Below are positions 19,609 through 27,866 of a DNA stretch of 33,978 bases, piece by piece. The notes below the pieces were generated by a model. It saw only the letters and a list, made by a program, of their open reading frames with translations. It was not told the origin of the DNA and ran no database searches. Made by a program: the position numbers and the translations under genes. The stretch lies in contig CABTXJ010000002.1 of assembly GCA_902488785.1 (NCBI GenBank), positions 1-33,978 on the forward strand, in the 5' to 3' direction. The DNA comes from an uncultured Eubacteriales bacterium (GTDB lineage: Bacteria; Bacillota; Clostridia; TANB77; CAG-508). Position 1 is the stretch's first letter. Every line of letters starts with the position of its first letter.

Positions 19609-19637
19609 TTGAACATTGTTCAGAAATATGTTATATT
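19609..19637 (+). promoter_or_regulatory. Sigma-A-type promoter with palindromic operator for the TetR-MMPL operon
   Basis: The -35 is TTGAAC (19609-19614). A 17-nt spacer ending in TGT precedes the -10 TATATT (19632-19637), giving an extended -10. The perfect palindrome TGAACA-T-TGTTCA (19610-19622) overlaps the -35. Confidence 0.65.
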
Positions 19638-19679
19638 ATTATTATATTAAAAAGTATAAAAATATTTTAGAGGAGAGAT

Positions 19680-20282
19680 ATGTTAGAAAAAGGAAAAAAA
19701 AGAATAGAAGATAAAGAAAAAAAGATAAAAGAAAAAGCAATGATATCTTTTAGAGAAAAAGGAGTTGAAAAAACTTCAATAAGAGATATTATGAAAGATA
19801 CAAAATTTGGACTTGGAACCTTTTACTTATATTTTAAGAATAAGAAGAACTTAGAGCAAAAAATAGTTTTAGACTTATTAGTAGAATTATTTTATAAGGC
19901 AGAAAAACAATGCGTTGGAAACGAACCAGTTCAAAGATATATATCTTTTATGGACTACATTTTAGACTATTTTATAGCACATCCAATAGAATTTGAATTA
20001 ATTTCTAAAAATATAAATTGGGCACTATATGCAAAAATAGAAAATGATGAAAGATTTGAAGAAGTAGATTCAATACTAAAATTTGTGCTTGATAAATTTT
20101 CTACTATTTTTCCTGGAAATTATACAAAGCATCAACAGTTATATATATTATCACTTACGATGCACACAGTAATTTCAACATGTAAACATTCATTAAACAA
20201 AGATGGAATTTTAACTATAGATGAAATGAAACCAGTACTTTTTAAATTAATAGAAAAAATATTTAAGGAAGAGGAAAAATGA
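19680..20282 (+). CDS. TetR/AcrR family transcriptional regulator
   Basis: The N-terminal HTH is AMISFREKGVEKTSIRDIMKDTKFGLGTFYLYFKNKKNL. The stop overlaps the next start in an ATGA at 20279-20282. Confidence 0.9.
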   Translation: MLEKGKKRIEDKEKKIKEKAMISFREKGVEKTSIRDIMKDTKFGLGTFYLYFKNKKNLEQKIVLDLLVELFYKAEKQCVGNEPVQRYISFMDYILDYFIAHPIEFELISKNINWALYAKIENDERFEEVDSILKFVLDKFSTIFPGNYTKHQQLYILSLTMHTVISTCKHSLNKDGILTIDEMKPVLFKLIEKIFKEEEK

Positions 20283-22333
20283 AAAAATTCGCAAAATATG
20301 TGTCAGAACACGCAAAAACAGTATTAATAATAATGACATTACTTTTAATACCTGCAGTTATAGGTTATAAGCATACTAATGTTAATTATGACATGCTTAC
20401 ATATCTGCCACAAGATTTAAAATCAACGCAGGGTCAAGATATATTAGATAAAACATTTAATAATGCAGCAACTGCCATGATTATATTAGAAGGTGATGAC
20501 CAAGATGCAGAAAAGTTAAGAAAAGAAATTTTAAAAATAGATGGAGTTGAAGATGCAATATCAAAAACTTCAACTGTAGGTGAAATGATACCAAGTAAAA
20601 TGCTACCACAGGAAATAAAAGATATTTTTTATTCAAAAGACAATACATTAATGATTGTAAAATTTAAAAATTCAGCATCATCATTTACAACAATGGAAGC
20701 AATAGAAAAAATAAGAGAAATTGAATCAAAACCAAAATATGTAAGTGGAATGTCATCACTTGTTAAAGATACAAAAGATGTTGTAGATAAGGAAACTCCA
20801 ATATATGTATTACTTGCAGTAATACTTGGATTAATAATACTTTCAATTACTAATGAATCAGTAATAATACCATTTATATTTATGCTAACAATAGGTTATG
20901 CGGTTATATATAATTTTGGTACAAATATATTTTTAGGAGAAATATCATATTTAACAAAAGCAGTTGCAGCAATATTACAACTTGCAGTAACAATGGACTA
21001 TGCTATTTTCTTATATCATAGGTATGCAGAAGAAAAGAAAAATATTGAAGATAAGAATGAAGCAATGAAAGTTGCAATAGAAAAAACAATATCATCACTA
21101 TTTGCATCATCATTTACTACATTTGTTGGCTTTTTAGTACTTATACTAATGAGATTAGGACTAGGAAAAGATATAGGACTTGTAATGAGTAAAGGAGTAT
21201 TAATAGGATTAATATGTACAGTAACAGTTTTACCTGCTATGCTACTTTTAGCAGCGGATTTAGTAAATAAATATAATCACAAAGTAATGCTACCATCATT
21301 TGAAAAGGTATCAAACTTTAGTATAAAACATGAAAAATTACTTAGTGTAATTTTTGTACTACTATTTATACCAGCAATTTACGGAGCAAAAAATGCTAGT
21401 GTTTATTATAATTTGGATAGATCATTACCACAAAATCTAGATTCAATTGTAGCATTAAATAAGATGAAAGAAGACTACAATATGGCTACAACACACTTTG
21501 TAATTGTAAATAGTAACCTATCACATACAGAGCTTAATTCACTTACTGAAGAAATTAAAAAAGTTGAAGGAATAAACTCTGTACTTGCATCAAGTGCATT
21601 TACTGGATTATCAATACCAGATGAAATACTTCCATCACAAATAGCAAATAATTTTTCAAAAGATGGATATGAAATGATAATGGTAAACTCAGAATATCAA
21701 ACAGCATCTGATGAAGTAAAAAAACAAATAATGGAGCTTAAAAATATTATACAAAAATATGATAAAGAAGGATACCTAACAGGTGAAGCAGTTCTTACAG
21801 ATGACTTAACAGATATTTCACATAGTGATTTTAACAGGGTAAATACAGTATCAATTATAGTGGTATTTTTAATAATAGCATTTGTGTTTAAATCAATAGG
21901 AATACCTATTGTGCTAATTGCAGCAATTGAACTTGCAATTCAAATAAATATGGGAATACCATATTACTTTAATCAAACAATACCATTTGTAACTTCAATT
22001 ATAATTGGAGTAATACAGCTTGGTTCAACAATAGACTATTCAATATTAATGATGGATAGATTCTTAGCAGAATATAAACATTCAAAAGATGTAAATGGAT
22101 CCATTAAAACTGCTACAAAAGAAACATCAAAATCAATTGCTATATCTGCTCTATCATTTATGGCAGCAACAGTTGGAGTTGGAATATTTTCAGAAATGGA
22201 AATTGTTTCAACAATATGTAGTTTCTTAGCAAGAGGAGCAATTATTAGTATGACAGTAATAATAGTATTTTTACCAGCAATAATATATACAGCATTTCCA
22301 CTAATTAAGAAAACTACAAAAGGATTAGAATAA
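20279..22333 (+). CDS. MMPL / RND-superfamily membrane transporter
   Basis: 684 aa with two blocks of about 6 TM helices, each preceded by a soluble loop. The MMPL-like segments are LAVTMDYAIFLYHRY and GSTIDYSILMMDRF. It is translationally coupled to the TetR gene. Confidence 0.85.
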   Translation: MKKFAKYVSEHAKTVLIIMTLLLIPAVIGYKHTNVNYDMLTYLPQDLKSTQGQDILDKTFNNAATAMIILEGDDQDAEKLRKEILKIDGVEDAISKTSTVGEMIPSKMLPQEIKDIFYSKDNTLMIVKFKNSASSFTTMEAIEKIREIESKPKYVSGMSSLVKDTKDVVDKETPIYVLLAVILGLIILSITNESVIIPFIFMLTIGYAVIYNFGTNIFLGEISYLTKAVAAILQLAVTMDYAIFLYHRYAEEKKNIEDKNEAMKVAIEKTISSLFASSFTTFVGFLVLILMRLGLGKDIGLVMSKGVLIGLICTVTVLPAMLLLAADLVNKYNHKVMLPSFEKVSNFSIKHEKLLSVIFVLLFIPAIYGAKNASVYYNLDRSLPQNLDSIVALNKMKEDYNMATTHFVIVNSNLSHTELNSLTEEIKKVEGINSVLASSAFTGLSIPDEILPSQIANNFSKDGYEMIMVNSEYQTASDEVKKQIMELKNIIQKYDKEGYLTGEAVLTDDLTDISHSDFNRVNTVSIIVVFLIIAFVFKSIGIPIVLIAAIELAIQINMGIPYYFNQTIPFVTSIIIGVIQLGSTIDYSILMMDRFLAEYKHSKDVNGSIKTATKETSKSIAISALSFMAATVGVGIFSEMEIVSTICSFLARGAIISMTVIIVFLPAIIYTAFPLIKKTTKGLE

Positions 22334-22355
22334 AAAGATTAGAATAAGGAGGAAT

Positions 22356-24599
22356 ATGATGAATAAGAATATAATTAATAAAAAAAATATAAATGAAAAA
22401 AGTAAAAAAATAATAGCTTCAATATTACTATTATCAATGACTTTTTCACACATATCTTTTGCAACAACTAAAAATAATGAAATAAATAATAAAATAAATA
22501 AAAATGAAACAGTATATGTAATAAAAGAAGATGGAGATATAAAAGATAAAATAGTATCAATATGGCTAAATTCAGAAGAAAATATAAATGTTAAAGATAA
22601 TACAATTTTAGATGAAATTAAAAACTTAAAAACAGGTGAAATGTTAAATAAGGAAGATGGATATATAACAATAAATGAAGAATCTAAAGATGTGTATTAT
22701 CAAGGTAAAACAGATAAAGAATTACCTATAGATGTTAAATTAGAATACTATTTAGATGGTGAAAAAATAACTAATAAAGAACTTGAAGGTAAAACTGGAA
22801 AGCTAAAAATAGTACTAACTGCTGAAAATAAGAAAAGTGTGACAAAAAATATTTCAGGAAAACAAACTAAAATATATTCACCATATGTAGCAGTAAGTAC
22901 AATGGCATTTAACGATGATAATGCTAAAAATATTGTAGCTAAAGATTCAAAGGTAATAAAAGATGGTAAAAAAGAAATAGTTACAACAATATTAACACCG
23001 GGGCTTAAAGAGAATTTTCAAAATGTTTTAAATAAAGAACAATTAGAAAATTTCAAAGACAATGTTGAAATTGAAATGGATATAACAGACTACAAGCCTA
23101 TAGAAACTTATGTAATAATAACAAATGAAATATTCCAAGATAGAAAAAACTTAGAAGAAATAGACACTTTACGTAGCAATATTGCAAAACTAGAAGATGC
23201 AACAGCACAATTAGTAGATGGTTCAAATAAGTTAAGTGAAGCAGAAGGACAATTAAATCAAGGAATAAATGACTTAAATAATGGAACAGAAAAATTAAGT
23301 GACGGATCTAAAGAATTATATAATAAATCAGGACAACTTGAAGACGCAGTAAATAAAAGTGTAGAAAAACTTTCAGCATTACCAAAATATATTGGCGAAC
23401 TTGCAAGCGGCTCTTCAAAATTAGATGGTGGCTTAGGTGAAGTTAAAAATGCAACAGCTAAAATAAGTGAAAAATTATCAAACTTAAACTTAAATGATAT
23501 ATTTGCCAAAATTGATGAAATGAAAAATGGAATAAGTAAACTTGCAGAAGGATCTAATAATTTAAATGCTGGAATGTCAGAAGCTAATAAAAATATAAAA
23601 GCATTAACTGAAGGAAATAATACATTTAATGCTAAGATGCAAGAAATGAATAAGGGTGTTCAAAATATAACTGTACCTGATTTAGGAGCTCTTAAATCAA
23701 TTAATGTTGAACAAGATTTAATAAATATTGGAACATCTACTAAAGCGGTTGGACAATCTACAGCAGATATTCAAAGTGCTATAGCACTTTTAAGTGATGA
23801 AAAATATAAAGATGATGAGAATATACAAAATGCTATTAAAAACTTAGAAAAAACAAAAGCAAATTTAGGAAAAAATGCAGGAAATATTGGAATAGCTACA
23901 AATAATTTGAAGAATTCTTTAGCGCCTTTAAAAGAAGCACAAACAGGAATAAGTAAGCTTAATAACTTTAAAGAACTACAAGCAGGAATGAATGAACTTG
24001 CTAAAGCATCAAATAATATAAATGGAAATATGCAAAAACTTCAACAAGGACTTACAAAATTAGAAGAAGGATTAGCAAATTTAAAAAGTGGTATAAATAG
24101 ACTAAATGATGAAATAGGAAATATAAATATTAATGAAGAAGAAATTGCAAAACTTTCAGAGTTCCCAAGTCAATTTGGTAAATTAGATAATGCAATAGGA
24201 AAATTAAAAAATGGTTCAAATGATTTATCTAATGGATTAAATAAGTTTAAAGATGAAACAAAAGATATAAATGAAATTTCAAAACTAAGTACAGAAGGTA
24301 TAATGCCACTTAGAGAAGGAATAAAAGCAATGAATAATGGAATAAATGAATTGCTTTTTGGTACTGTAAAATTAAAAGATGGAAGTAGTAAGTTTAATGA
24401 ATCAATGGGAACATTTGCTTCAAAAATGGCAGAATACAAAAAAGAAGGAATTGATAAAATAGATGATAAAACAAAAGAACTATTTGAAATTACAGATGTT
24501 TTTAATGCGATGCTAGACTTAGCAACAAAAGATAGTTCATTTACTGGAACAGATGATAATTTCAAAACAAGATATAGGATTGTTGAAAAGATTAAATAA
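22356..24599 (+). CDS. Secreted protein with X-X-X-Leu-X-X-Gly heptad repeats (YhgE/Pip-type soluble region)
   Basis: The signal peptide ends in ISFA. Repeated motifs include LVDGSNKLSEAEGQLNQGINDLNNGTEKLSDGSKELYNKSGQL, ISKLAEGSNNLNAGM, LKNGSNDLSNGLNKF and VKLKDGSSKFNESM. No C-terminal TM block is present. Confidence 0.7.
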   Translation: MMNKNIINKKNINEKSKKIIASILLLSMTFSHISFATTKNNEINNKINKNETVYVIKEDGDIKDKIVSIWLNSEENINVKDNTILDEIKNLKTGEMLNKEDGYITINEESKDVYYQGKTDKELPIDVKLEYYLDGEKITNKELEGKTGKLKIVLTAENKKSVTKNISGKQTKIYSPYVAVSTMAFNDDNAKNIVAKDSKVIKDGKKEIVTTILTPGLKENFQNVLNKEQLENFKDNVEIEMDITDYKPIETYVIITNEIFQDRKNLEEIDTLRSNIAKLEDATAQLVDGSNKLSEAEGQLNQGINDLNNGTEKLSDGSKELYNKSGQLEDAVNKSVEKLSALPKYIGELASGSSKLDGGLGEVKNATAKISEKLSNLNLNDIFAKIDEMKNGISKLAEGSNNLNAGMSEANKNIKALTEGNNTFNAKMQEMNKGVQNITVPDLGALKSINVEQDLINIGTSTKAVGQSTADIQSAIALLSDEKYKDDENIQNAIKNLEKTKANLGKNAGNIGIATNNLKNSLAPLKEAQTGISKLNNFKELQAGMNELAKASNNINGNMQKLQQGLTKLEEGLANLKSGINRLNDEIGNININEEEIAKLSEFPSQFGKLDNAIGKLKNGSNDLSNGLNKFKDETKDINEISKLSTEGIMPLREGIKAMNNGINELLFGTVKLKDGSSKFNESMGTFASKMAEYKKEGIDKIDDKTKELFEITDVFNAMLDLATKDSSFTGTDDNFKTRYRIVEKIK

Positions 24600-24659
24600 G
24601 AAATAACTGAGGTGACCCAAAAACTTCGTACTAAATAGTTTTAATAAAAATTATAAATT

Positions 24660-24694
24660 ACAGAGCTAATATTTTAAAATATTGGCTCTGTTTT
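24660..24694 (+). terminator. Rho-independent terminator ending the TetR-MMPL-heptad operon
   Basis: A 14-bp stem pairs 24660-24673 with 24678-24691 (one G-U), with loop TTAA, followed by TTTT. Confidence 0.85.
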
Positions 24695-24708
24695 AATATG
24701 TTTTTAAA

Positions 24709-24737
24709 TTGAAAAAGCTTTGTTAAAAATATATAAT
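24709..24737 (+). promoter_or_regulatory. Near-consensus sigma-A promoter upstream of the ARH gene
   Basis: TTGAAA (24709-24714), a 17-nt spacer, then TATAAT (24732-24737). It would give a leader of about 150 nt that includes repeat copy A. Confidence 0.55.
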
Positions 24738-24819
24738 GAATGAAATGGAATGGACAAGTAGAAAAGGCATATGGAAGAACATCTAAGGATAGTAGTGAAA
24801 GAATAGAGTTCTTACTTCA

Positions 24820-24888
24820 AAAATATTCAGAAATATAGTTGGTAAAAATACAAAAGTTGCAATAATATGATTATATATAATATTGGAG
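24820..24888 (+). repeat. Copy A of a 69-nt promoter-to-RBS module (66/69 identical to 26661..26729)
   Basis: Aligned directly against copy B. The three differences are at 24829, 24857 and 24884. It ends in GGAG, 6 nt before the ATG at 24895. Confidence 0.95.
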
Positions 24889-24894
24889 AAACTT

Positions 24895-25881
24895 ATGAAT
24901 GAAAAACAAATTAATGGAGCTTTATACGGTTTTATAGTTGGAGATGCATTAGGAGTTCCTGTTGAGTTTAAAAAAAGAGAATACCTAAAACAAAATCCTA
25001 TAATAAATATGATGGAAAATAAATATAGAAAAACAACAAAAGGTTACTGGTCAGATGATACAGCAATGACTTTGTGTACTATGAGAAGTATAATAGACGT
25101 AAAAAGTGTAAACATAAAACTGCAAGAGAGTATAATGAATAATTATCTTAAATGGGCAGATAAAGGATACATGGCAATAAATAACAGAACCTTTGGTATA
25201 GGGCAAGCAACACTTCGTTCTATGATAGAATATTCAAAAAGTAAATCTTTTGAAGAATATTATAAGAATAAATTAAAGAAGGAAGAAAAAAGAAATGGTG
25301 GAAATGGTGCATTAATGAGAATACTTCCTTTAATTTTATATTTATATCAATTTGATTTTAGTGAAAATGAAAAAATAAGTGAAACTGAAAACTTGAATAG
25401 AAAGTATGAGTTTATAGAATTTAATGTTAGGCTTACGCATAATAATTTTATTAATGCACAAAGCTGTATATTTTATACTATGTTTATTTTTAATCTATTA
25501 GAAACAAATAATTTAAATGAATCGTATGATTTGGCTATAAAACAATTTAAAGAAAGGTATAAATATGTACCTCAAGATTTAAAACGAATTATAAGTAAGA
25601 AAGTAATATATGCTGATGAAGATGAAATAAAATCTACAGGATATGTTGTCTATACTCTAGAAGCAAGTCTGTGGTGTTTATTTAATTCAAATGATTTTAA
25701 AGAACTTGTTTTAAAGGCTGTAAATTTAGGAGAAGATGCAGATACTGTGGGAGCTATTACAGGAAGTTTAGGTGGAATATATTATACATATAATCAGATT
25801 CCAGAAGAGTGGCTTAATCAATTATGTGAAAAAGACATGATAGATAAAACGATAAAGGAATATAAGCAGAAAATATTATGA
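24895..25881 (+). CDS. ADP-ribosylglycohydrolase family protein (ARH/DraG-like)
   Basis: Motifs are GALYGFIVGDALGVPVEF, GYWSDDTAMTL, GGNGALMRILP and GEDADTVGAITGSLGG. These are the metal-binding Asp/Thr motifs of the family. The track start is the TTG at 24883. The ATG at 24895 follows GGAGA. Confidence 0.9.
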   Translation: MNEKQINGALYGFIVGDALGVPVEFKKREYLKQNPIINMMENKYRKTTKGYWSDDTAMTLCTMRSIIDVKSVNIKLQESIMNNYLKWADKGYMAINNRTFGIGQATLRSMIEYSKSKSFEEYYKNKLKKEEKRNGGNGALMRILPLILYLYQFDFSENEKISETENLNRKYEFIEFNVRLTHNNFINAQSCIFYTMFIFNLLETNNLNESYDLAIKQFKERYKYVPQDLKRIISKKVIYADEDEIKSTGYVVYTLEASLWCLFNSNDFKELVLKAVNLGEDADTVGAITGSLGGIYYTYNQIPEEWLNQLCEKDMIDKTIKEYKQKIL

Positions 25882-25986
25882 CCTAATAATAGTAATTAGA
25901 AATGTATTAATTGGAGAATAAATATTACTTTAAGATATAAAACGTCAGATTTTTGCATTTTCAAGGCATATAATTAGGAGGGAAAA

Positions 25987-26595
25987 ATGAAAGAAAAATT
26001 GAAAAAAGAAAATGAAAATAATATACCTGAACCTACCGTTAAAGAAGTAGAAAAGTATTTGAAAAAATGGGAGGGGTTAGAAAATTATGTTTTACAAGAA
26101 AGAAGTTTAAATAAATTATTTCATAAAACATATCCTGAAAATAATGAGATAGAAGAAATTTTAATTAAAGCAAGCTGTTTAAATGATTTTTATAGCACAA
26201 ATATATTTAGGATCTTTCCTGTTGCTAAACATATTTTGGAGTTAGATATAGATGAAAGATTAAGGCAAGGTGACTTAAAATTGGTAAATGATATTGCTAA
26301 TGTAGAAATTAAAGGTAAATCAAAAAGATTTTATTCATTTGCAACAAAATATTGTAGTCATCACTATGCAGAACTATATCCTATATATGACAGCTATGTC
26401 GAAAAGATGCTATTATATTTTAGAGACGAAGATGGGTTTGCACATTTTGTAAAAGAAGATTTAAAAAATTATACAGAGTTTTATAATATACTAAAAAAGT
26501 TTGCAAAGTATTATGGTTTAGAAGAATATAGTATGAAAGATTTAGATAGATATTTATGGCAACTAGGGAAAGATTATAGACCAAAAACTTACTAA
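25987..26595 (+). CDS. Hypothetical protein (202 aa) with a possible HhH-GPD/OGG-fold-like C-terminal motif
   Basis: Strong RBS AGGAGGG. The segment KRFYSFATKYCSHHYAELYPIYDSYVEKML resembles the Lys ... (F/Y)PI-D ... pattern of the Ogg in this window ([28 protein letters not shown]). It also resembles 'OGG fold' proteins as I recall them. This is motif-level evidence only. Confidence 0.5.
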   Translation: MKEKLKKENENNIPEPTVKEVEKYLKKWEGLENYVLQERSLNKLFHKTYPENNEIEEILIKASCLNDFYSTNIFRIFPVAKHILELDIDERLRQGDLKLVNDIANVEIKGKSKRFYSFATKYCSHHYAELYPIYDSYVEKMLLYFRDEDGFAHFVKEDLKNYTEFYNILKKFAKYYGLEEYSMKDLDRYLWQLGKDYRPKTY

Positions 26596-26660
26596 CTAAA
26601 TATATGCCTAATAAAAATTACAATAATTCGATTAAAAGTTAAATCTATCTAATTCACCTT

Positions 26661-26729
26661 AAAATATTCTGAAATATAGTTGGTAAAAATACAAAAGATG
26701 CAATAATATGATTATATATAATATAGGAG
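26661..26729 (+). repeat. Copy B of the 69-nt promoter-to-RBS module
   Basis: 66/69 identical to 24820..24888. It ends in GGAG, 6 nt before the ATG at 26736. Confidence 0.95.
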
Positions 26730-26735
26730 GTGTTT

Positions 26736-27824
26736 ATGAATAAAGCTGTTAAAATAATATTATTAATTATTTTAATACTCTTAATAGTTTGTGTAGTATG
26801 TATATTTATTAAAAAGAAAGAAGGTACAAAGGAAATAGAAAAAGGCAGTGCTAAAGAATTTAATATTCTTCCAACAATGAATGATGAAATAGGAGAAGAT
26901 GGAGCTTGGTGTGGAACTTTTCAATTAGTATGGAATGATTTAAAGAATGAATTTGTTAAAAAAGATGTTGTATTTTTAGAAGATAAAGAAAATGAAATGG
27001 TTAAAAACTTAAATGAAGAATCATTTAAGAAAGATATGATATCTGATAACTATTACTATATTAAGTTTGGTCCAAGAACAATTAGAGTTAAAGAAGAGAT
27101 AGAAAAAGCTATAAAAGAAAAGTTTAATCAAGAAAGTGATATACTAAATGATTTTGCTTGGGAAAAAGAAGAAAAAGAAGATATGTTAAACTATATCTTT
27201 TATGCAATGCTATATAGGGAGTTTGAATTTTTAAATAAGTTTGATGACTTAGGAAAAGGAAAGTTTGCAAACAAGTATGATGTTGAATATTTTGGTATAG
27301 AAGAGGATACAGAAGAAGTAAAAGAACAAATAACTGTATTATACTATAATTCAAAAGATGATTTTGCAGTTAAAATAGCTACTAAAAACAAAGACGATGT
27401 TATATTTTGTAAAAAACCAGAAGGAAAAACTTTTAAAGAAATATATGAAAATATGATGAAAAAAGAAAAAGAATATGATGGCATTAAAAACTTTGGAGAG
27501 CTAGATAAGTTTAAAGCACCTAAGTTAAAATTTGATAAAAAAAGAGAATATACTGAATTAGAAGCAAAGTCATTTGAAACTGCTGATACTAATCATCCTT
27601 TAATGCAAATTGAAAAAGCTATACAAACAATACAATTTGAGATAAACGAAAAAGGTGGAAAAGTTAAAAGTGAAGCAGGAATTGCAACATTAGAAGCGAT
27701 GGCTGTAGAAGAAGAGCCAAGAGAAATGTATTTAGACGACACATTTGCATTATTCTTAAAAGAAGAAACAAAATATATACCATATTTTGCAGCTAAGATA
27801 ACAGATGTATCTAAGTTTAAATAA
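26736..27824 (+). CDS. Membrane-anchored serpin-like protein, paralog 1
   Basis: N-terminal TM anchor. Serpin-like blocks are NYIFYAMLYREFEF (s3A-like), KFKAPKLKFDKK (like LPKFKIE), AIQTIQFEINEKGGKVKSEA (s5A plus hinge position) and YLDDTFALFLKEETKYIPYFAAKITDV (like the PF-motif C-terminus). The ATG at 26736 follows AGGAGG. Confidence 0.6.
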   Translation: MNKAVKIILLIILILLIVCVVCIFIKKKEGTKEIEKGSAKEFNILPTMNDEIGEDGAWCGTFQLVWNDLKNEFVKKDVVFLEDKENEMVKNLNEESFKKDMISDNYYYIKFGPRTIRVKEEIEKAIKEKFNQESDILNDFAWEKEEKEDMLNYIFYAMLYREFEFLNKFDDLGKGKFANKYDVEYFGIEEDTEEVKEQITVLYYNSKDDFAVKIATKNKDDVIFCKKPEGKTFKEIYENMMKKEKEYDGIKNFGELDKFKAPKLKFDKKREYTELEAKSFETADTNHPLMQIEKAIQTIQFEINEKGGKVKSEAGIATLEAMAVEEEPREMYLDDTFALFLKEETKYIPYFAAKITDVSKFK

Positions 27825-27866
27825 TTTTGTATTTTAATAGTTAAAATATTGTAAAGGGGATCAATC

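Noticed and set aside
24736-24786. 16-codon mini-ORF (MNEMEWTSRKGIWKNI) in the leader upstream of the ARH gene
   Set aside because: Its ATG overlaps the predicted -10 box, so it would probably not be in the transcript. It has no RBS and is too short to evaluate. It is noted only as a possibility.
26170-26215. FYSTNIF in the 202-aa protein as a possible STS motif of an R-S-E ADP-ribosyltransferase toxin partnered with the ARH
   Set aside because: I found no upstream Arg motif and no downstream ExE/QxE in the right order. The composition looks helical rather than like a beta-sandwich ART. The OGG/HhH-like reading fits better but is itself unproven.
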